Shown here piece by piece: positions 1 to 9,222 of a stretch of 64,000 nt of DNA. How positions within the stretch are numbered: the first letter of the stretch is position 1; every line of letters starts with the position of its first letter. A program made the position numbers and the translations under genes. The notes beneath the pieces were generated by a model. That model saw only the letters and a list, made by a program, of their open reading frames with translations. It was not told where the DNA came from and searched no databases. Where the stretch lies: NCBI GenBank assembly GCA_040223075.1, contig JAVJZJ010000172.1:14114-78113 (forward strand), written 5' to 3'. The DNA is from Marinobacter sp. GTDB lineage: Bacteria > Pseudomonadota > Gammaproteobacteria > Pseudomonadales > Oleiphilaceae.

Positions 1-989
1 AACGCACCAAGAATAGGGATATTGCCCAGCCCGGGCAGGCGATCGCTATTGTTCAGTGTTGTTTTACTGACCAGGCCACTGATAATGAAGGATTCACCGG
101 GGGCCATGGACACCGTCGTTTCCGTGCGACGAATTCTAAGACCAGGCACAGCCACTCCCGATGTTGCAACACCGGCAGTGAAGTCCAACTCGCTGACCTC
201 CGGAGCTACTTTCAGGATGATCTGATCGTCCTCGATAACGGTAGGCGTCAGCGCGAGACTCACCCCAAACTCTTTGTACTCAATCTGGACCCCGTTGTTA
301 TTGGACTGAGTGGGAATCGGGAACTCCCCCCCGGACAGGAAAGTAGCACTCTGTCCGCTCAAGCTTACCAACGAGGGCTCCGCCAACGTGTAGGCGAAAC
401 CGCCAGATTCCAGGGCATTAATAATGCTGAGTGAACTCTTGCCAAAACTGAAAAGGTTAAAACCTTCGCTGGAAATGCCCGCAGCCGGGCTGCCGGCACC
501 CCCAAAACCACGAAACCCACCCCCACCCGGGGGAGCTAGACCGATACTTGATTCACCGCCGTTGAAGAGTTTGGCGTAATAGAGCCCCAACGTATTCAGC
601 TCCCTGCGGTTAACCTCCACGATACGTATATCGGTCTGAACCTGCATGGCCAGCGGTGATCGCCTCCCCCTGGTTGAACTGATAACCACACTGGATACCA
701 AAGGCTCATCCTTGTTGTCCAACCAGATGCTGAGAGTGGCCGTGCCTGAAGCCTCGCCGGTTACGATCACCTCCGACTCACCGGAAGCAACAACTTTGGC
801 AACACTCGGATCGGAAACCGCGACCTTGCTGAGCTTACCCGGAAAATTCAGGGTACGCTGCTCGCCCGCCCCCATTTCAAGGGCTGCTTGCTGCGCCGCC
901 CCGGCCTGCGCAGCAAACACCAAAAAGGCAAGGATGTACCCTGCCGCTGCCACCAACCCATGCATTCCACGCTTATTGCACATAGACAT
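1..989 (-). CDS. cpaC: Flp/Tad pilus secretin CpaC/RcpA, N-terminal ~329 codons (C-terminus lies beyond the left window edge)
   Basis: The minus-strand frame is open from the ATG at 989 to position 3. It is absent from the ORF track because there is no stop in the window. My translation starts MSMCNKRGMHGLVAAAGYILAFLVFAAQAGAAQQAALEMGAGEQRTLNFPGKLSKVAVSDPSVAKVV (signal peptide plus pilus-secretin N-terminal region). Near position 1 it reads GESFIISGLVSKTTLNNSDRLPGLGNIPILGA, a secretin-family motif. It overlaps the cpaB stop by 17 nt. Confidence 0.85.
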   Translation of the reverse strand, partial: MSMCNKRGMHGLVAAAGYILAFLVFAAQAGAAQQAALEMGAGEQRTLNFPGKLSKVAVSDPSVAKVVASGESEVIVTGEASGTATLSIWLDNKDEPLVSSVVISSTRGRRSPLAMQVQTDIRIVEVNRRELNTLGLYYAKLFNGGESSIGLAPPGGGGFRGFGGAGSPAAGISSEGFNLFSFGKSSLSIINALESGGFAYTLAEPSLVSLSGQSATFLSGGEFPIPTQSNNNGVQIEYKEFGVSLALTPTVIEDDQIILKVAPEVSELDFTAGVATSGVAVPGLRIRRTETTVSMAPGESFIISGLVSKTTLNNSDRLPGLGNIPILGA

Positions 990-1869
990 TCCTTGCTTCA
1001 GAGCCTTCAAACACTTGCACCTTACGCCCGGGGGGGTCGCGCTGGCGTTCGGGGCTTGCTTTTTCCCGGGATGACCGTGGAGATTCCGGGATCAGGTCGG
1101 ACAAGAAAACAACTGATTCCTCCGATTCTTCATCCTTAACATCCGGGCTTGAAGTTGCGGAGCTCTCCTCAGCCACGGGCGAACGTTTTACCGCAGCGAA
1201 ATTGAGCTGAGCCTCCCTCGATGCCAGCACCAGCATTCTGACTTTATCCTCCGGAATCGACAGCACCATGGTGCTATTACGCCTGCGGTCATCTTCTGAA
1301 GAGGAGCCACCCACTGTGGTATCACCCTGAACGGCGAGCACCTGTATGGATTCAAGGAGGGTTTTTGATGATGCTTCGTTTTCGCCTTTAGCCTTGAACG
1401 ACGCGAAAACATCCACAAAGTCCCCGGGTTTCAACAGGCCACCTATGCTCGCCACGCTACTCATTTCAAAAGCAATCGCCGTGTGTCCGTCCGGAACAAC
1501 CTGGCGGATCAGGCTTTGCTTCTCCAGGGTCTCCGTGGTTAACAGCTCGCCAGCTTCCATGAATGTTTCAATAATCAGGTCGTAGGGAACATCCGTGGCT
1601 ACAATGGCATTTTCAATCGGGGTGGCTGTTTCGATTTCGATGAAGCTCTCAGGTAACAGTCTATCGCCAGGCTCAATTGGCTGAACGGCAACAACGTATC
1701 GGTAGAGCGGCTTCTCTTCGACCTCGGCTACAGGCCCGGGCTCGGAGGCAACAGATGCCTTGTTGGCTTCTTCAGCGGCGTCGTACTTCATCAAACCGAA
1801 CAGGGCGAGGGCAATCGCCAGCACGGACATAAGAAGGGAGGGGATAAAATAAACAAAACGAGATTTCAT
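973..1869 (-). CDS. cpaB: Flp pilus assembly protein CpaB/RcpC
   Basis: 298-aa ORF with an N-terminal membrane anchor (FVYFIPSLLMSVLAIALALFGL) and a SAF/RcpC-like body. It sits between the tadE-like gene and the secretin, as in the flp-tadE-cpaB-cpaC gene order. Confidence 0.85.
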   Translation of the reverse strand: MKSRFVYFIPSLLMSVLAIALALFGLMKYDAAEEANKASVASEPGPVAEVEEKPLYRYVVAVQPIEPGDRLLPESFIEIETATPIENAIVATDVPYDLIIETFMEAGELLTTETLEKQSLIRQVVPDGHTAIAFEMSSVASIGGLLKPGDFVDVFASFKAKGENEASSKTLLESIQVLAVQGDTTVGGSSSEDDRRRNSTMVLSIPEDKVRMLVLASREAQLNFAAVKRSPVAEESSATSSPDVKDEESEESVVFLSDLIPESPRSSREKASPERQRDPPGRKVQVFEGSEARNVYVQ

Positions 1870-1952
1870 AACTGCATCATCCTGAGCTCACGAAGGTAAA
1901 ATATCACAATCGCTTCCATATACTCTCCGTCCCTGAGTAAGACTGACTATTC

Positions 1953-2420
1953 TCAGAAGGCCACCGCCGATTTGACCTCGATTGACTCAGGCAAAGGTGG
2001 AAATTTCCCGAGAAACCCAAATGTCAGTTGCGGCACGAATGGTGATTCCTGTCCGCTTGCCAGGACCCTGCATTCCAAAAGCGAAACACTACCCGCACTG
2101 TCTACAGAACAACCCCTGTCTCCGGAACGGGATACGAGTGACTCAGGCAAGCCGGACATCAAAAGTTCCAGAGCTTCGGTTGCCCGCGTGACAGCCTGCT
2201 CAGCCGCACCTTCGTCAAACTGACTGCGGTCGAGGGACATCACAGACGATGCCGCCTTATCGACCGCGTTCTGCAACTGATATTTCTGGTAGAAGACCAC
2301 ACCGTACGCAGCCGAGCCGTACACCATGGCCAGGATCAGAGGGAAGACCATGAGAAACTCAAGCGCAACGACACCCTTGCCGCTTTCGATAGCGGCGTTT
2401 CTTGCTCGTAACGCTATCAT
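1953..2420 (-). CDS. TadE-like pseudopilin / pilus assembly protein
   Basis: 155-aa ORF. The N-terminus GKGVVALEFLMVFPLILAMVYG matches the TadE/TadG-type motif (G-x4-EF followed by a hydrophobic helix). It lies immediately downstream of flp. Confidence 0.7.
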   Translation of the reverse strand: MIALRARNAAIESGKGVVALEFLMVFPLILAMVYGSAAYGVVFYQKYQLQNAVDKAASSVMSLDRSQFDEGAAEQAVTRATEALELLMSGLPESLVSRSGDRGCSVDSAGSVSLLECRVLASGQESPFVPQLTFGFLGKFPPLPESIEVKSAVAF

Positions 2421-2505
2421 GCCCCGGCCTCCTCATCGTCACTTGACACACTCAATGACGCATCACCGACGTTCATTGAGCCAGCGAAGCATACTGCTAC
2501 TACCG

Positions 2506-2712
2506 CTAGGAGGCGGTGGTATCGGCTGCTTCAGTGAATAGGCCCGAGAATGCATCTTGGACGATGGTGTCAAGGCCGCCAGTAGCTCCAAGCGCGCCAA
2601 TAATAATGATGATGGCCGCCGCAAGCACCAGATACTCAAGAGCCGAAGCCCCTTTTTCGCGCTTGCGGGCAGAAATTGAACCAAACTTTTGTCTTATAGC
2701 GTGCATACTCAT
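2506..2712 (-). CDS. flp: Flp/Fap family type IVb pilin
   Basis: 68-aa ORF. The prepilin motif KG|ASALEYLVLAAAIIIIIGALG has the G/xxxxEY Flp processing site followed by a hydrophobic helix. A 300-bp AT-rich leader lies upstream. Confidence 0.85.
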   Translation of the reverse strand: MSMHAIRQKFGSISARKREKGASALEYLVLAAAIIIIIGALGATGGLDTIVQDAFSGLFTEAADTTAS

Positions 2713-3016
2713 GTTTTATCTCTCCGCGTCCACTGACAAGTGTGTTGCCGGCCCGTTGGCAGTCTTGGCCTCAGCTCGCCCTAATATTAACACTCATTAT
2801 GAGTAAGTGTGTGTAAGTTTTGTGGTATTATTCGATAACTTAGTAGCTACTTTTACTATGATTTCTTTGCAGAGTAACCCCTACATTCTGCACTGAACAA
2901 GCTGCATTACGAAAATAAATGTCAACTTTCGTGAAAGTGCCGCATATTAGGCCTTTCTCACTACCAAGCACATGTACTTTGGTACTAAATGCTGGCTTGT
3001 AGTGCTTTCTCGCCCC

Positions 3017-4402
3017 TCACTTGTGCCAACGCCCATCTCTCCAGAATTGCGCGGAGTCTAACCCCCGCGCGCTCAATTCATCCTCCACGCACGACCGTAT
3101 CTGTTGGTAGATAGGCTCCCCCATGAGGGCACGTTGCTGGAAAATTCCGGCCAGCCGCCTGGCAAAGAACGGACAGGGAAGATCATCATTGGCAAACCCA
3201 TAACTCATAACCCGCGACGCGCCGAACAGCGGGCCCAACTGACCGAGCCTGAATCCGGGATCCTCCTGCTGAATCCTTGCCAGGATCTCACTGCCTTTCC
3301 CCGGAGCACGAATAAAAATTCCGATATCCTCTGGGTATCGGAATAAATAGCGGATCAGAATGGACGTGGGCGCATCAATACGCTTGTCCGCCCGTAGACG
3401 AAACCGGTAGAACGCCTTCACCTGTATGCCCAGTATCCAATAAGCCTCTGCGCTCGTCAGCCCAAAACTCTCTCTGAACAGAGAGAACATGCTCTCGCTG
3501 TTCCCCAGAATAGGTTGCGTATTGCGACTGTATTTCTGGAAGTCAGTCCCGGAAACGGGATTTGCGTTAGTCCACTTGCCTTTTGTCAGGGCCAATTCAG
3601 GTGTTAGATCGCGAGACAGAGCTTCGTCGACCAACACCCGTAAATACTGGTTCTGAAACCAGTTGCTCCACAAGGCATTCAACTCGTCCGAAAAATCCTG
3701 ATAAGTCTCATCGGACATCCAGGCAGTCAGAGAGTCCTGTTCCCGCAGAATGGCCCAGCCTCTCGGTTCAAGCCTGTCGATCTCGAGAGGTATCCGCCCC
3801 CCTTCTTTCTGCGCATAACTGGCTAACAATGTTTTAAAGATGTCCCCAAACTTTCCCGCCACAAGCATTTGTAAACGGGTTACCGGGATACCGCTATTTG
3901 ATGAGCTTGAGTTATCTTCCGAGAGCATTTTGTAAGAAGAAATATATGACCTGCCAAACAAGGGTGCGAAACTGCTTTTCCGCGGCACGAGACCCTTACC
4001 ATCTTGCTCCTTGGACTCGAACGGCATAAACCGTCCGATCAAGTCAAACATCTCAGGGTTGGTGGGCCGCAAAATCAACTGATTGTAGTGAGGATATTTC
4101 AATAACAAACGGACCAGAATGGCCTGACTTGGCCGCAAACTCGGCAATTCATCCACCTTCCCTTGCGCATCGTCGATTTGGTTGGCGGCAGAACGAGCAC
4201 TTCCAAGAACATCGACGGATGATTTAGCCCGCTTGAGCTGACTCAGCCGATTGACCGGCACGTTCATCAGCATTGCGAGATCAAGATCTCTGACCTCTCC
4301 GCCACCCATGACACCTTCGAGCATGACTTTTAAATACTGCAAATTCTCTCCGCAGATCGGCTTACTGGGATGGGAGAGTTCGTTTTTATGCGACACCGAC
4401 AT
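3017..4402 (-). CDS. Hypothetical protein with an internal two-fold duplication (HTH-like segment plus conserved module, twice)
   Basis: 461-aa ORF with an ATG start. Repeat A is DLAMLMNVPVNRLSQLKR ... SQAILVRLLLKYPHYNQLILRP ... FAPLFGRSYISSYKM. Repeat B is FGLTSAEAYWILGIQVKAFYRF ... TSILIRYLFRYPEDIGIFIRAP ... LGPLFGASRVMSYGF. I recognise no family. Confidence 0.6.
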   Translation of the reverse strand: MSVSHKNELSHPSKPICGENLQYLKVMLEGVMGGGEVRDLDLAMLMNVPVNRLSQLKRAKSSVDVLGSARSAANQIDDAQGKVDELPSLRPSQAILVRLLLKYPHYNQLILRPTNPEMFDLIGRFMPFESKEQDGKGLVPRKSSFAPLFGRSYISSYKMLSEDNSSSSNSGIPVTRLQMLVAGKFGDIFKTLLASYAQKEGGRIPLEIDRLEPRGWAILREQDSLTAWMSDETYQDFSDELNALWSNWFQNQYLRVLVDEALSRDLTPELALTKGKWTNANPVSGTDFQKYSRNTQPILGNSESMFSLFRESFGLTSAEAYWILGIQVKAFYRFRLRADKRIDAPTSILIRYLFRYPEDIGIFIRAPGKGSEILARIQQEDPGFRLGQLGPLFGASRVMSYGFANDDLPCPFFARRLAGIFQQRALMGEPIYQQIRSCVEDELSARGLDSAQFWRDGRWHK

Positions 4403-4566
4403 TATTGAATCTCTGGAAGCAATTGGAGCTGATGCCGAATGTTACACGTTTTATGCACTTGATTTCGATGCTAACATTGTGTGGCTGGCAGGTTTACAGA
4501 GTGTCCTCCCAGTAGCATAAAAAGCGCAAACAAGAGGGACATTCCGGTGCAAACAAGGTGTAGGGT

Positions 4567-5166
4567 GTGTCAGTAATTGGTGCAAAAACGTTTTTTTTCT
4601 TCGAAGGCGACGCCCAGCCTTCAGACTACACTGTCAGACAACCTGATTATTTTCAGAAGCCAGACCTGGTACTGCCCCGCTCAGGCGTTACGCTACTCTA
4701 TGGCCATAAAGGACCAGGCAGCCTGGTTGGTGCGGCTATAAGGAAAAGTGCGACGGAGAATCTTGGGGTATGTTTTGCTGACGTAAAAATAGAAATTGGA
4801 GAATGGGACCCTGGCAAACAAAGCCTGGACAACTTTGAGTACTGCCGCTTTCTAAATCTGCCTTCTCGTGCAAACAAGGAGGTGCTGGATGACATTAATC
4901 GCCGTTGGAACAGCTGGCTTGATCAGCAATGCCTTGAGCATGAATCTTTCCCACGAAAACCCTCGCCCAACATGCATTTTCTCGACAACCTGATCCAGAC
5001 AGAGCCCTACTCGCATCTCAATGCTATTGCTTACGATGCGGTCACACGCTTCGGAATTTCTAAATTTGTGACCGTATTCAATCTTGATGCAATTTTAAAG
5101 GATGAAGTTACGGTGATCCCGCCATCCACTCGCATATCCTTCGTCAAGCCTGGAGCAAATGACTAA
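4567..5166 (+). CDS. Hypothetical protein
   Basis: 199-aa ORF with a GTG start, divergent from the 461-aa gene. It shares a short motif with that gene (DDINRRWNSWLDQQCL versus DELNALWSNWFQNQYL). No recognisable family. Its 3' end overlaps the convergent DGC gene by 23 nt. Confidence 0.45.
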   Translation: MSVIGAKTFFFFEGDAQPSDYTVRQPDYFQKPDLVLPRSGVTLLYGHKGPGSLVGAAIRKSATENLGVCFADVKIEIGEWDPGKQSLDNFEYCRFLNLPSRANKEVLDDINRRWNSWLDQQCLEHESFPRKPSPNMHFLDNLIQTEPYSHLNAIAYDAVTRFGISKFVTVFNLDAILKDEVTVIPPSTRISFVKPGAND

Positions 5167-7279
5167 TGCCTGGCACTACATTATTTCTTCCGTTACTTTT
5201 CGCTTGATAAAGCGCTATGTCTGCGCGCTTGATAATAGAACCGGTTGTGTCTCCTGGTTGAAACTCTGCAACTCCAATGCTAACAGTCAACGTCATTCCC
5301 AATTCGAAATTATAAGCTCCAAGAAAACGACGAATTGTATTCGCGACCCCAATCGCCGGCTCAATCGGCGTTTCTGTCAGTAGAACGAGAAACTCTTCCC
5401 CTCCCCATCGACCGATAAGATCAGCCGCCCTGATTTTCTGACCGACTAAACCCGACAACTCTCTTAGAACTCTGTCCCCTACATCATGACCGAAGTTGTC
5501 GTTGATGGATTTGAAGTGATCAATATCGAAAAGCAACACTGACAGCGGGTTGTCGTATCGCTGGCTTCGCTCCAGCTCATGCTGCAGGACCTCTTCAATC
5601 TTGTTGCGATTGTAGAGCCCGGTCAAACCGTCGTAGATAGCTTTATGCGTTAAGCTCTCTATCAATCTATGGCGGCTAAGGGCGCTAGCCAGAATAGGGG
5701 CAACAGTAGAGAGCAGATTCAGTTTCCACTTCAACTGCCCGCCCTGAGAATCAAAAACCAGAAATCCTTCAAGCGTGCTTTCAACACGCAAAGGAAACAC
5801 CATGTACCGCGACGCGCAGCCTTGCGCCCCTTCAGTATCGTCCCCGCCCAAACCCAGGCGTCGGGCCATCTCATGATCCTTGCCAATCAGCACACACTGA
5901 TACTCAGCTTCCAGTGAAGCCTCCATATCTCGCTTGTGAATGAGCAACCTATCACTCACCAACCACTTCCGTACACTTTCAATGTCGAGCTCGGAACAGG
6001 TGACGCCCCCTTCATTTATCAAACCAAACGATCGATACATCGCATTATTGTCTGACAGCACCCAAAACCCCAGACTGGATGAAGGAATCCCCATGAAGGA
6101 AACTATTTTCTCAATCGCATCCGTGAATGTCGTGATGTCAGTGCGGTGGGGGCTAGCCATCAGTTGCTGACTAAAAAACCTTAAGAATCCCTCAAACTGA
6201 GCATTTTCCCGAATGGCTTCCATAGACTGATGCCGTTCAATGGTTGCGCTCGCAAGATGCAGGAGTGGAGCCAGCTTCTGGGAATCAATTTGTGCATTCA
6301 AAGAGCCACTCAGGAAAAAGAAATCCAAAGTTCCAAGCAGCTGATTACCCATCCCCAGTATTGGCAAAGCGATCCAGTGATGCACATCACTCGACTCCAT
6401 GACGCCTGCAATTTCTGTGGACACTATATTTTCAGTGTCACAAAAATCAGTCCTCGTCTCTTTTTTCAATATCGCGGCGGTAGCGTGAGCCCCATTTCCG
6501 TATACCACCTGGACATCGTTGATTGCTATACGTGCGTTTTCAGACAACCCTTTCGGCTCAACTGCGAATCGGAGGCGTTCGCTCTTATCATCATAGATTG
6601 TGATTCCGATCGATGCCCTGCTTCCAATAACGTCACTGCACAATCCCACGACTCCCAACAAGGCATCAGGCAGATTTTGTGCGGTGAGCGTAGAATCGAC
6701 CAATTGTGCGTAGTCGCCAAGAACTTTCCTTCGATCCTCACGTACAGCCCTGACCTTTAATGAGATTACGGATTCCTGACCAAACAAACCCTGAATCGGT
6801 GCTACGCTGACATCGACAGTTATAAGCCCTCTGTTTGCAACGTCGGCCGGGTTCAGAATGTAATCCTCCACATCCACGGGAAAAGATACGCCCTCCTGCA
6901 TAATTCGCCTGAGATTGGCAAGCTCAGGCATGGGCTCGTTTTCAGGATTCAGAAGCGCCTCCAACCTCCTTCTCGCAGGCTCCTCCGTGCCAGCGCCAAG
7001 GAGATCGCAGCATGCTTTGTTTAATGACCTGATCGAAAACGGGACTTTCTGGACGATGAATACCGGAAGGTGGATGACCTCAAAAACATGGGCCATATCC
7101 TTGCTGACCAGCTGAACCTTCTGGGAAAGCTCACGATTTCTAGCCAAGATGGAAGTAGATCGGGACTCTACCAGAGTAGCCCTGGACAGGGCTGCCCGAA
7201 GCCCCAGAGCACCAATAGCCAAAATGATAACCAGCACCACTAAAGCCAGCCAATCCAGGGGAAACACAAAGACTGGCAT
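5144..7279 (-). CDS. Membrane-anchored sensory diguanylate cyclase (TM, PAS/GAF-like region, GGDEF)
   Basis: 711-aa ORF with an N-terminal TM helix (LALVVLVIILAIGALGL). The C-terminal GGDEF domain reads GLTGLYNRNKIEE...FDIDHFKSINDNFGHDVGDRVL...RAADLIGRWGGEEFLVLL, with a GGEEF active site and an RxxD I-site five residues upstream. The PAS/GAF assignment of the middle region was made by eye only. Confidence 0.9.
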   Translation of the reverse strand: MPVFVFPLDWLALVVLVIILAIGALGLRAALSRATLVESRSTSILARNRELSQKVQLVSKDMAHVFEVIHLPVFIVQKVPFSIRSLNKACCDLLGAGTEEPARRRLEALLNPENEPMPELANLRRIMQEGVSFPVDVEDYILNPADVANRGLITVDVSVAPIQGLFGQESVISLKVRAVREDRRKVLGDYAQLVDSTLTAQNLPDALLGVVGLCSDVIGSRASIGITIYDDKSERLRFAVEPKGLSENARIAINDVQVVYGNGAHATAAILKKETRTDFCDTENIVSTEIAGVMESSDVHHWIALPILGMGNQLLGTLDFFFLSGSLNAQIDSQKLAPLLHLASATIERHQSMEAIRENAQFEGFLRFFSQQLMASPHRTDITTFTDAIEKIVSFMGIPSSSLGFWVLSDNNAMYRSFGLINEGGVTCSELDIESVRKWLVSDRLLIHKRDMEASLEAEYQCVLIGKDHEMARRLGLGGDDTEGAQGCASRYMVFPLRVESTLEGFLVFDSQGGQLKWKLNLLSTVAPILASALSRHRLIESLTHKAIYDGLTGLYNRNKIEEVLQHELERSQRYDNPLSVLLFDIDHFKSINDNFGHDVGDRVLRELSGLVGQKIRAADLIGRWGGEEFLVLLTETPIEPAIGVANTIRRFLGAYNFELGMTLTVSIGVAEFQPGDTTGSIIKRADIALYQAKSNGRNNVVPGISHLLQA

Positions 7280-7281
7280 GC

Positions 7282-9183
7282 CTATTGATCGCCTATTTCG
7301 AACAACGCATCGACGAGACCAAAAATATCATTCGAGCTTTTCTCTCTGTCCGCCACTAGGTTGTAGCGAACACGTATAACCTGGCCAGATGCAATGGTCG
7401 GAACACTGCTACTGACGCTGTTACGCCAAACCAGAACAAAACCCTCGCCACCGAGAACATCGTCTGCAGCATCATCAACGACTATATGTTGATGGGAGTC
7501 CATATGAGTGAGGACTTTACACACTCGGAAATCTTGCTCAAAGACTGGCTCGGGAAACCCCTTCCCCCACGGTTGTCGCTCTACCCAATGAGCCAAGGGA
7601 AACACCCTTTGATTTCTATTGAGTAACCCGTCACTCTCCTCCCGCCCGACAGCGAATGGAAATTCACCCTTGGCACTGTCAAGATAAACTCGAAGAGCTG
7701 ATTCAAAAGCCGATACTCCAGATTCATCCAGCTCAATATGGGCAAATAGCGTGTCAGCCTGCCATATGGGATTATAAGACATCAGCTTCGACTTGAACGA
7801 CATTGCGATCAGAGCATCCCCCAAATGAACATCTTGGGAGCGTATATGGCATAAAGTTCTAGTTGGCCTATCAGGGTTTGAGGCGATCAACATACAGACC
7901 CCTCCGAACTGACGACAATTTTGCTCCACAACGACCGCCAGCAATGCCTCGGAGAGAGAATCATTTCTCTCGCTCCTCAACTGAAACTGCTTTTTTTTCA
8001 GCTCTATCAAGTCTCTACTTTCCCGGTTTAATACAGGATGCACAGTGCTGCCTGCATGGGAACCGAGAACATCTAATTGCTCTACCAGTAGCGCGGCTTT
8101 GGCGCTTTTGTCTTTCGCGACCTTCCTGTCGCTTGTGAGCAAACAGTCAACCAGCGTCTGGCAATCTTCTGTCTGGGCCATAACCCTGAACAGAGGAGAC
8201 AGACATACATCAAGCTCTTTTGAGGTGAACGGATATTCTGCGCCACACTCTGTCAAAAGGGCTCTTAGACCATAACTCATCAACCCCCTGGAATGTGCGG
8301 TCCTTGACGGCAAAGACCAGCCCCGATTGATTTGCTCGAGGCCAGAGCGAACCAAGAGCCTCATGGGGGCAGAAAGAGGCATGTCATCAAGAAGGATGGA
8401 CAACCCTACAAATGCCCCATTGGTATCCAAACCTGACGATTGCAACTGGGCAACAAGGGCCTGACTCCGCGGATGCGCCGATATCGACTGGGCGATCTCG
8501 TCCCGGACGCACAACAAGAGAAAATGTAGGATGCAGCATAGCGTATAACGTTTTGGGGGTTCTCCATTGCCTTTATCCCAATAGGGAACAAAGGCAAGGC
8601 AATCTGGCGTATCATCAACGCAGTCCGAATTTGCAGAGACTGTTGCCAGTTCAATATGATGGCCAAGCGCGTCAATCTGGTTTTTAACCTCCCGGGCGAT
8701 CCCTTTCGGTGGGCTCAGCAATACAATAAGATCCGGGGCGGATCGATCAATTTCGGACTTTACCAGTTCGGCACACCCGCTCTCGATGGAACCAAGCAGC
8801 ACCCTCACATCTGGCTCGGCCCTCCAGGCCCCGAGATCCCCGCGAGTGGTAGTGACAACATCTCTTGTTCGGCGCATAGCCTGCGATAACAAGCCAATCC
8901 CTCGCTTGAAGCAGGCAAGACTCAATATAATTTCCGATGAGGCTTTACCCATCACAAGGATGCGCCGTCCATCCAAAAATGATTGAGCAAGCTTTGATGC
9001 TAGATTTCGAAATTCAGGAGAAGCCAGGTCATTTGCTATGGTCTCAACGCTCTGAAGGCCCGGAAAGCTGGCACCTCTCGCCCTGAAGATCCTCTCCTTT
9101 ACAGCATCCAGATCTGACAGGGAATCAGGTTTACGGACCTTAAGGTGGCGCTTAATAGTAGTGGTGATAACAGTATTCGACAT
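7282..9183 (-). CDS. RecJ-like protein with degenerate DHH/DHHA1 catalytic motifs (pseudo-nuclease)
   Basis: 633-aa ORF that is colinear with RecJ as I remember E. coli RecJ. IFRARGAS aligns to LYASRGVR. GRRILVMGKASSEIILSLACFKRGIG aligns to GTRIIVVGDFDADGATSTALSVLAMRSLG, so motif I DxDxDG is lost. DLIVLLSPPKG aligns to QLIVTVDNG. IELATVSANSD aligns to VIVTDHHL, so DHH is lost. IWQADTLFAHIEL aligns to KFGGHAMAAGLSL, so GGH is lost. QPWGKGFPEPVFEQDFRV aligns to GPWGQMFPEPLFDGHFRL, so the C-terminal OB region is conserved. Its stop lies 2 nt before the DGC start. Confidence 0.75.
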   Translation of the reverse strand: MSNTVITTTIKRHLKVRKPDSLSDLDAVKERIFRARGASFPGLQSVETIANDLASPEFRNLASKLAQSFLDGRRILVMGKASSEIILSLACFKRGIGLLSQAMRRTRDVVTTTRGDLGAWRAEPDVRVLLGSIESGCAELVKSEIDRSAPDLIVLLSPPKGIAREVKNQIDALGHHIELATVSANSDCVDDTPDCLAFVPYWDKGNGEPPKRYTLCCILHFLLLCVRDEIAQSISAHPRSQALVAQLQSSGLDTNGAFVGLSILLDDMPLSAPMRLLVRSGLEQINRGWSLPSRTAHSRGLMSYGLRALLTECGAEYPFTSKELDVCLSPLFRVMAQTEDCQTLVDCLLTSDRKVAKDKSAKAALLVEQLDVLGSHAGSTVHPVLNRESRDLIELKKKQFQLRSERNDSLSEALLAVVVEQNCRQFGGVCMLIASNPDRPTRTLCHIRSQDVHLGDALIAMSFKSKLMSYNPIWQADTLFAHIELDESGVSAFESALRVYLDSAKGEFPFAVGREESDGLLNRNQRVFPLAHWVERQPWGKGFPEPVFEQDFRVCKVLTHMDSHQHIVVDDAADDVLGGEGFVLVWRNSVSSSVPTIASGQVIRVRYNLVADREKSSNDIFGLVDALFEIGDQ

Positions 9184-9222
9184 CAGGCATTCCCATAGGC
9201 TCAGTGTGCGCGGATTCAGGCC

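Noticed and set aside
7282-9183. Annotating the 633-aa protein as the housekeeping exonuclease RecJ
   Set aside because: All DHH/DHHA1 metal-binding motifs that I can align are substituted. The gene lies in a lower-GC segment and is translationally adjacent to a diguanylate cyclase.
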